Origin: a virus
Lineage: Duplodnaviria > Caudoviricetes
Direction: 5' to 3' (one strand)
DNA length: 64,000 nt
IMG/VR virus record: IMGVR_UViG_3300028601_000020
Of this stretch, positions 1 to 8,708 are shown piece by piece. Every line of letters starts with the position of its first letter. Positions within the stretch are counted from its first letter, which is position 1. Position numbers and translations under genes: made by a program. The notes below the pieces were generated by a model, which did no database searches, was not told the DNA's origin, and worked only from the letters and a program-made list of their open reading frames with translations.

Positions 1-2
1 AA

Positions 3-2600
3 GACTCTATTCAAGGAATTAATAAATGTGTTTCTGATATGATGCTTTGCGCTGCGAAACGTCAAGGTCTTGGTGTTGACGTTTCTATTCTTCGGCCTAA
101 AGGAGCGAAAGTCAATAATGCAGCAAACGAGTCCACAGGAGCAATTCCTTGGATGGATTATCTTCAGTCAATGGGCAATTATGTTGGTCAAGCAGGAAGG
201 CGACCGGCTGTTTTGCTGTCTATCAAGTGCAACCATCCTGATGTGATTGATTTTATCAAAGCAAAGACTGATTTGAACCTTATTCAGAATGCAAATATTT
301 CCGTTCAGATTACCGATGCTTTTATGGAAGCCGTCATTGAAGACAATGATTGGGAATTGCATTTTGAAACCAAACACGAAATTATTTCCAAGATTGTCCG
401 AGCAAAAGATATTTTCAGTCTTATTTCTGAATCTGCTCATGTTAGCGCGGAACCAGGTGTTCAGTTTATTGATCTAATGCGGAAAGGATCTATGATCCAC
501 CAGATTTATCTGGCCATTGGTGATAAACGTTTTTGTGTGGTCAGTACAAATGCCTGTTGTTTTGTTGAAACCACCAATGTGCTTACTGTTGATGGAATGA
601 TGAAGATTTCCGAAATAAGAAAGAAACTTGAAAAAGGAGAAGATGTTTTAGTTTATTCTTTTAATATTCACACTGGAAAAAACGAAATTAAGCCGGTGAT
701 TGATTGTTTTCCCCGCAACAATGGAGAACCAGTTCAAACAATTTCAATTGAACTCGAAAATGGGAAATCAATTGAATGCACTCCCGATCATAAATTCATG
801 ACACAACACGGGTGGATCAAAGCCACCGATTTGGAAGAATCATATGATGAATTATCGGGCGTTGACGATAACGAAACAATAAAAATAAAAAATAAAACAA
901 AAAACAAAAAAAAGCAAGTTACTTGGAACATTACTGTTGCAGATAATCATAATTACTATGTTGAAAGCGTTTTGGTAAAAAATTCGGAAAAACCGCTTGC
1001 TCCTTATGGAATTTGTCTTTTGGGTTCAATCAACATGGGTATGTTCCCAAATAATCCTATGGATTACGGTCCAATTCTATATCAGAAGACACAGAACCTT
1101 ATCCGTCTTCTGGATAATGCCATTCAGTATGAAATTGACAATGACCGTTATGGAGTGCCCGAACAGCGTGATCTTGCAAAACTGACAAGAGAAGTTGGTA
1201 TGGGCATTACAAATCTTCACCAGTGGTTCTTGAATGCTGATATTCAGTATGATTCAAAAGAAGCAATTAAAGCAAGTTCTGAATTCATGGAATATTATGC
1301 AAAGTTTGCTTTTCAAGCATCCCAAGAACTTGCAGAAGAAAAAGGCCCAGCGGGAGCATACGAATTAGGAATCACTGCAAAGGATCTAATGGGATCAAGT
1401 TTCTTTAGTAATATCATTCATTCTCTTGAACTTGAAAACGATCTTGATGAAGTTCTCCCGCTTCGGAACTTGGCACTTATGTCAATCGCGCCCACGGGTT
1501 CGCTTTCTATGACATTTCCTGAAGGGTGTATTTCTTCTGGTCTTGAACCTGTTTTTGCTCCTGCATACTGGCGCAAGACAAGAGCCGTATCAAAAAATGA
1601 TTGGGAATATTATTTTGTCATGCCAACAGGCGTGAAAACGTACTTGATGCAAAAAGTAAAAAATTCCGAAGAATACGTTTTCCTTGAAAATCTTCCTGAG
1701 GCAGTCAAAGACGATACAGGAGAAATTGGAAAACATGCAATGAAGATTCTCAAAACCTATCTTGGTGAAGGATTCTTTAAAGCTGCTCATGAAATTGATC
1801 CATTCATGAAACTTGAAATGATGGCAGGAATGTACAGGTTTATTGATGCTGCTGCCTCAGTGACGTATAACTTGCCCGAGGATTGTACGGTTGAAACAAT
1901 TGAATCTCTGTACATGAAAGCGTGGGAACAGGGTGTAAGGGCTGTTTCTGTGTATCGTGAAGGGTCCCGTGAAGGAATTCTTGTTTTCACTCCGCCTGAT
2001 CAGCAAAAAGAAAAAAGAGTGACGTATTGTGATGAACGACCAAACACAATACAGTTCAATTGTGCGCCGAAACGTCCTAAAGATGTTTCTTGCGACATTC
2101 ACCACGCTAAAGTTATGGGAAAGGATTGGATTGTTCTGGTGGGAATTCATGAAGGATTTCCGTATGAAATTTTTGCAGGAGAAGCGAACAAGGAAGAAAT
2201 GTACGTTCCTCAGTCTGCAAAACAAGGAATTCTCCGCAAAGACGGACGAAAATATTCATTGATTGTTCCTATCAAGAAATCTGATGTGGAATACAAGGAT
2301 ATTGCAAATCTCTTTATGAATGAACGTTATCGGTCCACCACAAGGCTTATTTCTCTTGCGTTGCGTCATGGGGTGCGTCCTGCATTTATAATTGATCAGT
2401 TGAAGAAAGCAGACGAAGGAATAACCGAATTTTCTTCTGTTGTGACCCGTGTTCTTGGCAAATACATGAAGGCGCTTGAATTTGAATATCTAAATAAAAA
2501 AGACGGGGATTCCTGTCCTTTCTGTGGGAGTACAGAATGGATATATCAAGGATCCTGTAAAATTTGCGCCGCGTGTTCAAAAGGGTCAAAGTGTGACTGA
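3..2600 (+). CDS. nrdJ: Class II (adenosylcobalamin-dependent) ribonucleotide reductase, intein-containing; 5' end lies outside the window
   Basis: Frame is open from position 3. RNR motifs include GLGVDVSILRPKGAKV, ANISV, AEPGVQF, TNAC/SE active site, CLLGSIN, REVGMGI, SIAPTGSLS and VSVYREGSR. C-terminal TSCPD-like domain (KRPKDVSCDIHH...PYEIF) and CxxC-CxxC ribbon are typical of NrdJ. Confidence 0.92.
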   Translation, partial: DSIQGINKCVSDMMLCAAKRQGLGVDVSILRPKGAKVNNAANESTGAIPWMDYLQSMGNYVGQAGRRPAVLLSIKCNHPDVIDFIKAKTDLNLIQNANISVQITDAFMEAVIEDNDWELHFETKHEIISKIVRAKDIFSLISESAHVSAEPGVQFIDLMRKGSMIHQIYLAIGDKRFCVVSTNACCFVETTNVLTVDGMMKISEIRKKLEKGEDVLVYSFNIHTGKNEIKPVIDCFPRNNGEPVQTISIELENGKSIECTPDHKFMTQHGWIKATDLEESYDELSGVDDNETIKIKNKTKNKKKQVTWNITVADNHNYYVESVLVKNSEKPLAPYGICLLGSINMGMFPNNPMDYGPILYQKTQNLIRLLDNAIQYEIDNDRYGVPEQRDLAKLTREVGMGITNLHQWFLNADIQYDSKEAIKASSEFMEYYAKFAFQASQELAEEKGPAGAYELGITAKDLMGSSFFSNIIHSLELENDLDEVLPLRNLALMSIAPTGSLSMTFPEGCISSGLEPVFAPAYWRKTRAVSKNDWEYYFVMPTGVKTYLMQKVKNSEEYVFLENLPEAVKDDTGEIGKHAMKILKTYLGEGFFKAAHEIDPFMKLEMMAGMYRFIDAAASVTYNLPEDCTVETIESLYMKAWEQGVRAVSVYREGSREGILVFTPPDQQKEKRVTYCDERPNTIQFNCAPKRPKDVSCDIHHAKVMGKDWIVLVGIHEGFPYEIFAGEANKEEMYVPQSAKQGILRKDGRKYSLIVPIKKSDVEYKDIANLFMNERYRSTTRLISLALRHGVRPAFIIDQLKKADEGITEFSSVVTRVLGKYMKALEFEYLNKKDGDSCPFCGSTEWIYQGSCKICAACSKGSKCD
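558..983 (+). mobile_element. Mini-intein (142 aa, no homing endonuclease) in the RNR active-site motif
   Basis: Starts CFVETTNVLTVDG (block A); has IECTPDHKF (block B TxxH) and WNITVADNHNYYVESVLVKN (blocks F/G); followed by Ser. Removing it restores TNAC-SEKPL. Confidence 0.92.
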
Positions 2601-2626
2601 CAGGGGCACCAGAAGAGAAAAGAAAT

Positions 2627-2791
2627 ATGGCTAAAAAAATAGAAATCTCATGCATTGAATGTAATGCTGATTTTGAGGTTCTTCATGAAATGGGTTCAAC
2701 TTATTCTCCTAAATTTTGTTGCTTTTGTGGAGAAGAAATAGTAGATGATGATTATATGTATTGCGAAGATGAGGACGAAGACGAATATTAA
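2627..2791 (+). CDS. Small Zn-ribbon protein with acidic tail (54 aa)
   Basis: Read manually: MAKKIEISCIECNADFEVL...KFCCFCGEEIVDDDYMYCEDEDEDEY; two CxxC pairs; below the ORF-track cutoff. Confidence 0.75.
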   Translation: MAKKIEISCIECNADFEVLHEMGSTYSPKFCCFCGEEIVDDDYMYCEDEDEDEY

Positions 2792-2809
2792 TTCATAAAA
2801 AGGAATCTT

Positions 2810-3163
2810 ATGAGAAAAAAAACTTTTTTTATTCTTGGATCTGTGTTATTGTTTTCTATGGTTTCAACGGTTTGTTTCGGGGCGGCTGAATGGGATAGAA
2901 GTATTCATGCTGAATGGGAATACACTCCACCTGAAGACGTTAATGTGGTCAGTTTTCGGTTGTATCAAAATGGGACTAGGGTTTGTGATTTTGCAGGAGC
3001 GACAACGGTTTCTGGAGATTGTGACGTTACTCTAACCAGAAAGACAACCAATTACACCCTTACCGCAGTGACAGACGACGGCGGAGAAAGTCCTCATTCA
3101 GACATTTATCCGTTCGTTGATTGGGGTCCGAAGGCCAAGATCAAATCAATTATTAATCGTTAA
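2810..3163 (+). CDS. Secreted single-domain fibronectin type III-like protein
   Basis: N-terminal signal peptide; W..(S/G)FRLY...YTLTAV..DG.ES..S pattern characteristic of Fn3 domains. Confidence 0.6.
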   Translation: MRKKTFFILGSVLLFSMVSTVCFGAAEWDRSIHAEWEYTPPEDVNVVSFRLYQNGTRVCDFAGATTVSGDCDVTLTRKTTNYTLTAVTDDGGESPHSDIYPFVDWGPKAKIKSIINR

Positions 3164-3179
3164 TTAGTCTGGAGGTTTT

Positions 3180-3410
3180 ATGTATCGTGTATTTGAGCAT
3201 TTTCCGAATGATGCCGAGTTTGTGTGTCCTATTTGCAAGAAAAATGATGATTCTCCGTGTTGGCTCATGCCAATTGACGGAACTCAGGAAGACAACATTG
3301 AGCAAGCCACCCCTGTGCATGTGAAGTGTACGGGGGAGGAACTAATCGGAAAAATGAGGTTTAACCAAAAAATGAAAATTGTTTATGCTTTTGTTGAAAA
3401 TAATGGTTGA
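3180..3410 (+). CDS. Hypothetical protein (CPIC...HxxC, possible Zn finger)
   Basis: Good RBS (GGAGG); ORF packed in the operon. Confidence 0.65.
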   Translation: MYRVFEHFPNDAEFVCPICKKNDDSPCWLMPIDGTQEDNIEQATPVHVKCTGEELIGKMRFNQKMKIVYAFVENNG

Positions 3411-3448
3411 ATCATTTAATTAAAAAACTTAATGTGTTGGAGGGTATT

Positions 3449-3706
3449 ATGAAAGCAAGCATTGAAAAAGGGAAAGAATTTAGGCCTTTTAGCGTGATCA
3501 TATCATTAGAAACAGAAAAAGATGCTATGAACCTCAGAACTTTATTGAATACTCCCGGAGTAGTTACTATATATGGGCTTGACGATATAAGTGACCGGCT
3601 CCGGGAGCAAATTGATTTGGAATGCAGTTTTGACGTAAAGGAAACTAGCATTGCGTTCAATAAAAGCAGAGAAGAATTTTACGCATATTATGGAATAGAT
3701 GACTGA
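3449..3706 (+). CDS. Hypothetical protein (paralog of 18769..19020)
   Basis: GGAGG before the ATG at 3449; shares the F.PF.V.I..E...DA......L.N pattern. Confidence 0.6.
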   Translation: MKASIEKGKEFRPFSVIISLETEKDAMNLRTLLNTPGVVTIYGLDDISDRLREQIDLECSFDVKETSIAFNKSREEFYAYYGIDD

Positions 3707-3799
3707 TTCCGTTTCTTTTTAGTTGCATAAAAAAACGAAAAGAGTTAAAAGATAGATGAATGAAAAATATCTTTTAACTCTTTTTTCTTTTGAGGTTTT

Positions 3800-5134
3800 A
3801 TGATGAATCTACCCGAAAAAATCAAAAATATCTGGTCAGTGCTTGAAAGTGCTGGCCATCCCACGTTTCTTGTCGGCGGCGCTGTTCGTGATTATTTTCT
3901 TGGCCATGAACCCCATGATTTTGATCTTGCGACAAAAGCCCGTCCAGAAGAAATCATTTCACTTGCAAAAAAACATTTTCCCGATTCAGATATCAATTTT
4001 GTCGGTGCTACCTTCGGTGTTGTTCTGATTGACGGCATTGAAATTGCTACGTTCCGCGGAGATCGTTACTCTGGCAACGGCAACGAAAAAGATGTTTCAA
4101 TTTCGTTTGTTGACACGATTGAAGAAGACCTTTCCCGTAGAGATTTCACTTGGAACGCAATGGCGATTAGTTCTATTGGAGAAGTCATTGATCCTTTTAA
4201 CGGTTATGAAGACCTTGAAAACGGCATAATTCGTTTTGTTGGTGATCCTAATGTTCGGATTGCAGAAGACGCCAACAGGATCATTCGTCTTTGCCGATTT
4301 GTTGCAAAGAACGATTTTGAAATTAATTTTGAAACGTTTATGGCTGTTCGGGATAATCTTCATCTTGTGTCAAGCATTGCACCCGAAAGAATCAAGATGG
4401 AAATCATGAAGGCCATGGAACTGAAAAATGCCTCAGCGTTTTGGGGTGCTTTGTTGACAGTCGGCGTTCTTGAAATGATTCTTCCTGAAATGGCCGAAGC
4501 ATGGAACCACACAGGCGGAAAATTTCACACTGAAACTGTTTGGGACCACATGATGCTTGCTGGTGATCATGTTTCTACTAAGTTTCCAATTGTCAAGTTA
4601 GCTGCTTATTTACATGATATCGGAAAGCCGCTTGCATATAAGATTGCGTGTGATGGGAGTTTTTCCGGTCATGAAGTTCTTGGAAAAAATATCATCGTTA
4701 GCCGTCTCAAGGATCTTCGCTTCAGTAATGACGAAATTTTCCAGATTGCTGGTCTGTGTAAGTTCCATATGCGACAAATGTTTGATCTTTCTCCGAAGGC
4801 GCGGCGAAAGTTAAAGAAGGATCTGAATGAAGCAAGCCTTTCATGGGAGGATTTGACTCGGATTCGTATTGCTGACACAAAGGCAAACATTGCAAACGAT
4901 GCCCTTGCTCTTTATGAAATCAAGAACATTGTTTGCGGGTGTACGACGGTTGAAGAGGTTGTTTTTAGCACCCATTCACTGTCTGTTTCGGGAAAGGATC
5001 TTATTCGTGAATGGGAACTTTCTCCGGGCCCAATTGTCGGTAAGTTGCAGAAGTTTTTGCTTGAATTTTCAATTGAAGAAGGAAACAACGATCCTGATTG
5101 TCTTCTTTTGAAGAGCAAAGACTTTTTCTCTTGA
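3800..5134 (+). CDS. cca: CCA-adding tRNA nucleotidyltransferase with HD domain
   Basis: FLVGGAVRD..LG..PHDFDLAT, EIATFRGD, EDLSRRDFTWNAMA, DPFNGYEDL, RIAEDANRIIRLCRF, ERIKME, H...H.ETVWDH and LHDIGKP. Confidence 0.92.
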   Translation: MMNLPEKIKNIWSVLESAGHPTFLVGGAVRDYFLGHEPHDFDLATKARPEEIISLAKKHFPDSDINFVGATFGVVLIDGIEIATFRGDRYSGNGNEKDVSISFVDTIEEDLSRRDFTWNAMAISSIGEVIDPFNGYEDLENGIIRFVGDPNVRIAEDANRIIRLCRFVAKNDFEINFETFMAVRDNLHLVSSIAPERIKMEIMKAMELKNASAFWGALLTVGVLEMILPEMAEAWNHTGGKFHTETVWDHMMLAGDHVSTKFPIVKLAAYLHDIGKPLAYKIACDGSFSGHEVLGKNIIVSRLKDLRFSNDEIFQIAGLCKFHMRQMFDLSPKARRKLKKDLNEASLSWEDLTRIRIADTKANIANDALALYEIKNIVCGCTTVEEVVFSTHSLSVSGKDLIREWELSPGPIVGKLQKFLLEFSIEEGNNDPDCLLLKSKDFFS

Positions 5135-5159
5135 CAATTTATTAAATAATGTGTTTACT
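5131..5159 (+). promoter_or_regulatory. sigma70-type early promoter
   Basis: TTGACA-N17-TTTACT. Confidence 0.55.
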
Positions 5160-5522
5160 GAATCAAAACTTTTGGAGGATAAAATGATTATAAATTTTCA
5201 TGAATGTCATTATCATGGTTTTATGCCTGCGGTTGAGGTTGAAAACGCCTCAAAAGAATTTCATGATTTTATAATGAAAACGGTTTTTTCTAATAGTATG
5301 AATGATTCGTGGTATATTCTTAAAAACAAACTGAATATACATCCATTTTTTCAGGGCGGTTGTATTTTTGAACGCGCTGAAGGATGGATGTTCATTGAAT
5401 TTTGGACAAAAGACGTTGAAGCGGTATATATTTTTTTTACAAAGCTCATTTCGTCTTGGGAAGATCAAATGGGTCATGACGATTCGTTTGAGATTGTATA
5501 TCATACGAAAGATGACCAATGA
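5151..5522 (+). CDS. Hypothetical protein
   Basis: ORF; likely start at the ATG after GGAGG (about 5184). Confidence 0.6.
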   Translation: MFTESKLLEDKMIINFHECHYHGFMPAVEVENASKEFHDFIMKTVFSNSMNDSWYILKNKLNIHPFFQGGCIFERAEGWMFIEFWTKDVEAVYIFFTKLISSWEDQMGHDDSFEIVYHTKDDQ

Positions 5523-5535
5523 CAAAGGAAATAAG

Positions 5536-5781
5536 ATGAAAACCGAATTTACAATAAGTATCAAGTGGCCTTTTGTTGTTCTTTTAACATTAATTCTTGG
5601 AGCGTTAAAATATTGGGGAGGTTTTAACATTTCATGGGTATGGGTATTTTCTCCAATCATTTTCATGGTTTGTTGGATTGTTGCTGCTCTTGCTCTTATC
5701 GGATATTTTTTCGTAAGTAAAAGAGTGGAAAGGATTGACAGAGATGTAAAAAATGTGTTAAAAAGGAGGACATTCAAATGA
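5536..5781 (+). CDS. Small membrane protein
   Basis: Two hydrophobic segments; LK..G..NISWVWVFSPI motif common in phage membrane proteins. Confidence 0.65.
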   Translation: MKTEFTISIKWPFVVLLTLILGALKYWGGFNISWVWVFSPIIFMVCWIVAALALIGYFFVSKRVERIDRDVKNVLKRRTFK

Positions 5782-6023
5782 AAATTGTAAAAGAAGCAAA
5801 CACAGAAAAGAAATTTGTCCGAGACGTTACAGGGAACACTGTTTTTGAAACCTTGCCTGACTTTGCAGGGCCGTTTGTTCTTGCTTATGAATCATTTGAG
5901 GTCAAAGCAAATTATGAAAATGTTCTTTGTTTCAATCTTGCGGAATGTTTGCTTGAGACATTGACTATTGACACAGAAGTAAAAATTTATAAAAACGCAA
6001 AACTCATTCTCAAAACCGAATAG
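5778..6023 (+). CDS. Hypothetical protein
   Basis: AGGAGG RBS; ATGA overlap with the upstream gene. Confidence 0.65.
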   Translation: MKIVKEANTEKKFVRDVTGNTVFETLPDFAGPFVLAYESFEVKANYENVLCFNLAECLLETLTIDTEVKIYKNAKLILKTE

Positions 6024-6033
6024 GAGACTTATT

Positions 6034-6474
6034 ATGGCAACTCCCCGCGAATCTAAAGTTCCGTATCCAGTAAAAAAAGATTTCAAGACCTTTTATCTCT
6101 ACAAAGAAGGAAAGTGTATTTTCAAAGGCAACGAACAGGAACTTTTTAAATCTCCATTTAGTGAAAATTGCCATTCTATTGCTGCAATTCGTGACAAATT
6201 CATCATGGAAGAAATTGTTGATACGGATGCCTTTAAGAAAGCCATGAAGGCATATAATGATGAACAGAAAGAAATTCACGATGAATTCATGCAAAATGTT
6301 ATTGAAGAGGAAGGATTTTATCCCGGTCTGGAGGGATTGAATCATTTACTTTTTGAAAAAGCATGGGAAAACAGTCATTCCAGCGGTTGCAGTAGTGTTC
6401 AAAGTGAATTTGTTGAATTGGTTGGATTCGCCAAAGAAATCATTGATATTTACGAACAGGAGAAGATAAATTGA
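6034..6474 (+). CDS. Hypothetical protein
   Basis: AGGAG RBS; LFEKAWENSHSSG motif seen in phage hypotheticals. Confidence 0.65.
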   Translation: MATPRESKVPYPVKKDFKTFYLYKEGKCIFKGNEQELFKSPFSENCHSIAAIRDKFIMEEIVDTDAFKKAMKAYNDEQKEIHDEFMQNVIEEEGFYPGLEGLNHLLFEKAWENSHSSGCSSVQSEFVELVGFAKEIIDIYEQEKIN

Positions 6475-6641
6475 AAGACGAAAAGCTGTGTTTTACTTGT
6501 GAGTATAATAACCAAGACGAAGAAATTCAATTTGACAAAAATGGCAGATATGAAATAAAGTCAAAATGTTATACCTGTTGGAACAACGGAGTTAAGAAGA
6601 ATTACATGGAAAAGGAGTCTAATAATGAAGAAAACGATTGA
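6471..6641 (+). CDS. Small Cys-rich (CxxC...CxxC) protein, 56 aa
   Basis: Read manually: TTG start with AGGAG RBS, MKDEKLCFTCEY...KCYTCWNNG; fills the intergenic gap. Confidence 0.55.
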   Translation: MKDEKLCFTCEYNNQDEEIQFDKNGRYEIKSKCYTCWNNGVKKNYMEKESNNEEND

Positions 6642-7629
6642 TTTGCCTACAGGAAAAATTGTCATTGATACATACTCGAATGGAGAACTTGAAACCCTTT
6701 CCATTGGCGACTACGGAAAAGACAAAAACATTCGGGCACAATTTCTTGGTTTCAATGAAGAAATTAACGGCGTTGCAAATGGACCAGTAAAGTCTTTGAC
6801 TGAAAAATGGGTCATGACGCTTTCCACCCAGTACGGTTGTTCAATGAAATGTCGTTTTTGTGATGTACCGAATGTTAAGTTCGCTGGAAACGCAACAGTT
6901 TCCGATATGTTCAATCAACTCAAAAATGCCCGTGATTGTTATCCGGGAGTGAAGTACACGGATCGGCTGAATCTACATTTTGCACGAATGGGAGAACCAA
7001 CATTCAACAGCGAAAACGTTTTTGCTTTCGCGGAACAATTGATCACGGACAAATATTATATTCAAGAGTTGCTTAATTTGCGGGTTGAAACGCTTCATCC
7101 GGTATTTACTACCATGATGCCGAAGACCATCAACATTCATGATCTTGACGATATTATCAACCACTGGTGTACCATTAAAAACATTTCATATAATGGCCAA
7201 GCTGGATTGCAGTTGTCTATTAACACAACAAACGAAGAAAAACGAAATTTCATGTTCAGGAATCTTTCCCACTCTCTTGATCATATTGCAAGAATCGCAA
7301 AATATCTTCCGCCTCCTGTTGGTCGGAAATACTGTTTGAATTTTGCGATTACTTCAAGCAATGATATTGACGCAAACAAACTTGCCGAGCTATTTGACCC
7401 TATGAGTTGGATGGTAAAAATCACCCCGATTCATAACAATGACGCTTGCAAAGAGAACGGCTTCAAGACAGAAAACGGATACTGTTCTTATGAAGTTTAC
7501 CGGGAAGCAGAAAACAACTTGATTGAAGCTGGTTTTGATGTTATTGTCTTTGTGCCGTCTATGGATGAAGAAGACGGCACAATCACTTGTGGGAATGCAA
7601 TTCTTGGAGGATCAAAAATCAAACTATGA
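6625..7629 (+). CDS. RlmN/Cfr-like radical SAM protein
   Basis: STQYGCSMKCRFC (CxxxCxxC), RMGEP, LQLSINT and C-terminal ITCG, matching the RlmN-family motif order. Confidence 0.8.
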   Translation: MKKTIDLPTGKIVIDTYSNGELETLSIGDYGKDKNIRAQFLGFNEEINGVANGPVKSLTEKWVMTLSTQYGCSMKCRFCDVPNVKFAGNATVSDMFNQLKNARDCYPGVKYTDRLNLHFARMGEPTFNSENVFAFAEQLITDKYYIQELLNLRVETLHPVFTTMMPKTINIHDLDDIINHWCTIKNISYNGQAGLQLSINTTNEEKRNFMFRNLSHSLDHIARIAKYLPPPVGRKYCLNFAITSSNDIDANKLAELFDPMSWMVKITPIHNNDACKENGFKTENGYCSYEVYREAENNLIEAGFDVIVFVPSMDEEDGTITCGNAILGGSKIKL

Positions 7630-7880
7630 GTTTTACATGGTTGTCAGGCGCAGTCAAATATGATGAAAACGAAAGAACCCAAACATGGGTAGTAGCAGAT
7701 GAATTTAAACCGAAGAAATTTGACAAGGATGAAAAAATTTCTTGTCAAATTTCTTCGGAAGAAATAGATTCATGTATCATTGACGAAGAAACCCAAGAAT
7801 TTATGGACGCAATTTCAGATGAAATAATCCAGCGGGAGTTGGAGAAAATATCAGAAGAGGACGATAATGATTTACTTTGA
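7626..7880 (+). CDS. Hypothetical acidic protein
   Basis: ATGA overlap with the radical SAM gene stop. Confidence 0.55.
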   Translation: MSFTWLSGAVKYDENERTQTWVVADEFKPKKFDKDEKISCQISSEEIDSCIIDEETQEFMDAISDEIIQRELEKISEEDDNDLL

Positions 7881-8250
7881 CCCGTATGCAGAAGGATGGA
7901 TGGACACAAACGATCCTAGATTTTTTGTCTGTACAACCATAAAAGGAGAACAGTTCAAAGAAGAATTCAACACAAGAGAAGAATTTTATGAGTGGTATTC
8001 TGCTTTGATTCCTCAAGAAAAGAAAACACCGAAGAAACCCAATTTTTTTAAATTCTACGCACCACGAATTGTTGGTATTTTAATTATTTTTGCGATTTGT
8101 GTGGGTGTGTGGCTATATACGTTCGGTGATAATTGGTTAATTGCGTTTGTGGAAATATCAAAACTTCTTGGTTTGTTTTTTGGTACAATCATCGTTATTG
8201 GCGGAGCGGTAATTTTAATCTCAAAAAATTCGTTTAATATCTTTGAATAA
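7867..8250 (+). CDS. Hypothetical membrane protein
   Basis: Two C-terminal TM segments; GAGG RBS. Confidence 0.65.
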   Translation: MIYFDPYAEGWMDTNDPRFFVCTTIKGEQFKEEFNTREEFYEWYSALIPQEKKTPKKPNFFKFYAPRIVGILIIFAICVGVWLYTFGDNWLIAFVEISKLLGLFFGTIIVIGGAVILISKNSFNIFE

Positions 8251-8253
8251 GTA

Positions 8254-8305
8254 TTGACTCTGGGAGGGAAATCGTTTATTCTGTTTGTGAAAGTTAAGTG
8301 ATGCT
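8254..8305 (+). promoter_or_regulatory. Repeated early promoter plus conserved leader, copy 1
   Basis: TTGACT-N17-TATTCT-GTTTGT-GAAAGTTAAGTGATGCT. Confidence 0.85.
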
Positions 8306-8325
8306 AACAAACAAATGAGATGATC

Positions 8326-8613
8326 ATGAGAACGTTTGAAGTTCTTTCCCGCCAAGAAGACAATTCATTCATCAAAACAAAAGTGAATTTCACTGATGAT
8401 GATGTGTTTGTAAACATTCCTGAAACGGAAGCGATTCTTCTACCCACGCTTCTTAATGCTATGTATCCGGGAGTTTATGGAGATGATTGGGTAAAAATTC
8501 GGCGGCATCTCCAGAAAGCGATTCTGGTTCTTGAAGAGAACGGGAAAATTGAATATGTTCGGGGTGGCGGGTCTGGCCGATTCAATGATGGTTTTGTGAG
8601 AAAAATAAAATAA
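8326..8613 (+). CDS. Hypothetical early protein
   Basis: Directly follows promoter copy 1. Confidence 0.65.
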   Translation: MRTFEVLSRQEDNSFIKTKVNFTDDDVFVNIPETEAILLPTLLNAMYPGVYGDDWVKIRRHLQKAILVLEENGKIEYVRGGGSGRFNDGFVRKIK

Positions 8614-8631
8614 TTTTCTTTGTTTTTTCTA

Positions 8632-8683
8632 TTGCGTTATCCCATTAAATCGTTTAATCTGTTTGTGAAAGTTAAGTGATGCT
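8632..8683 (+). promoter_or_regulatory. Repeated early promoter plus conserved leader, copy 2
   Basis: TTGCGT-N17-TAATCT-GTTTGT-GAAAGTTAAGTGATGCT. Confidence 0.82.
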
Positions 8684-8708
8684 TTAAAAACAAACAAATG
8701 AGGTGACC

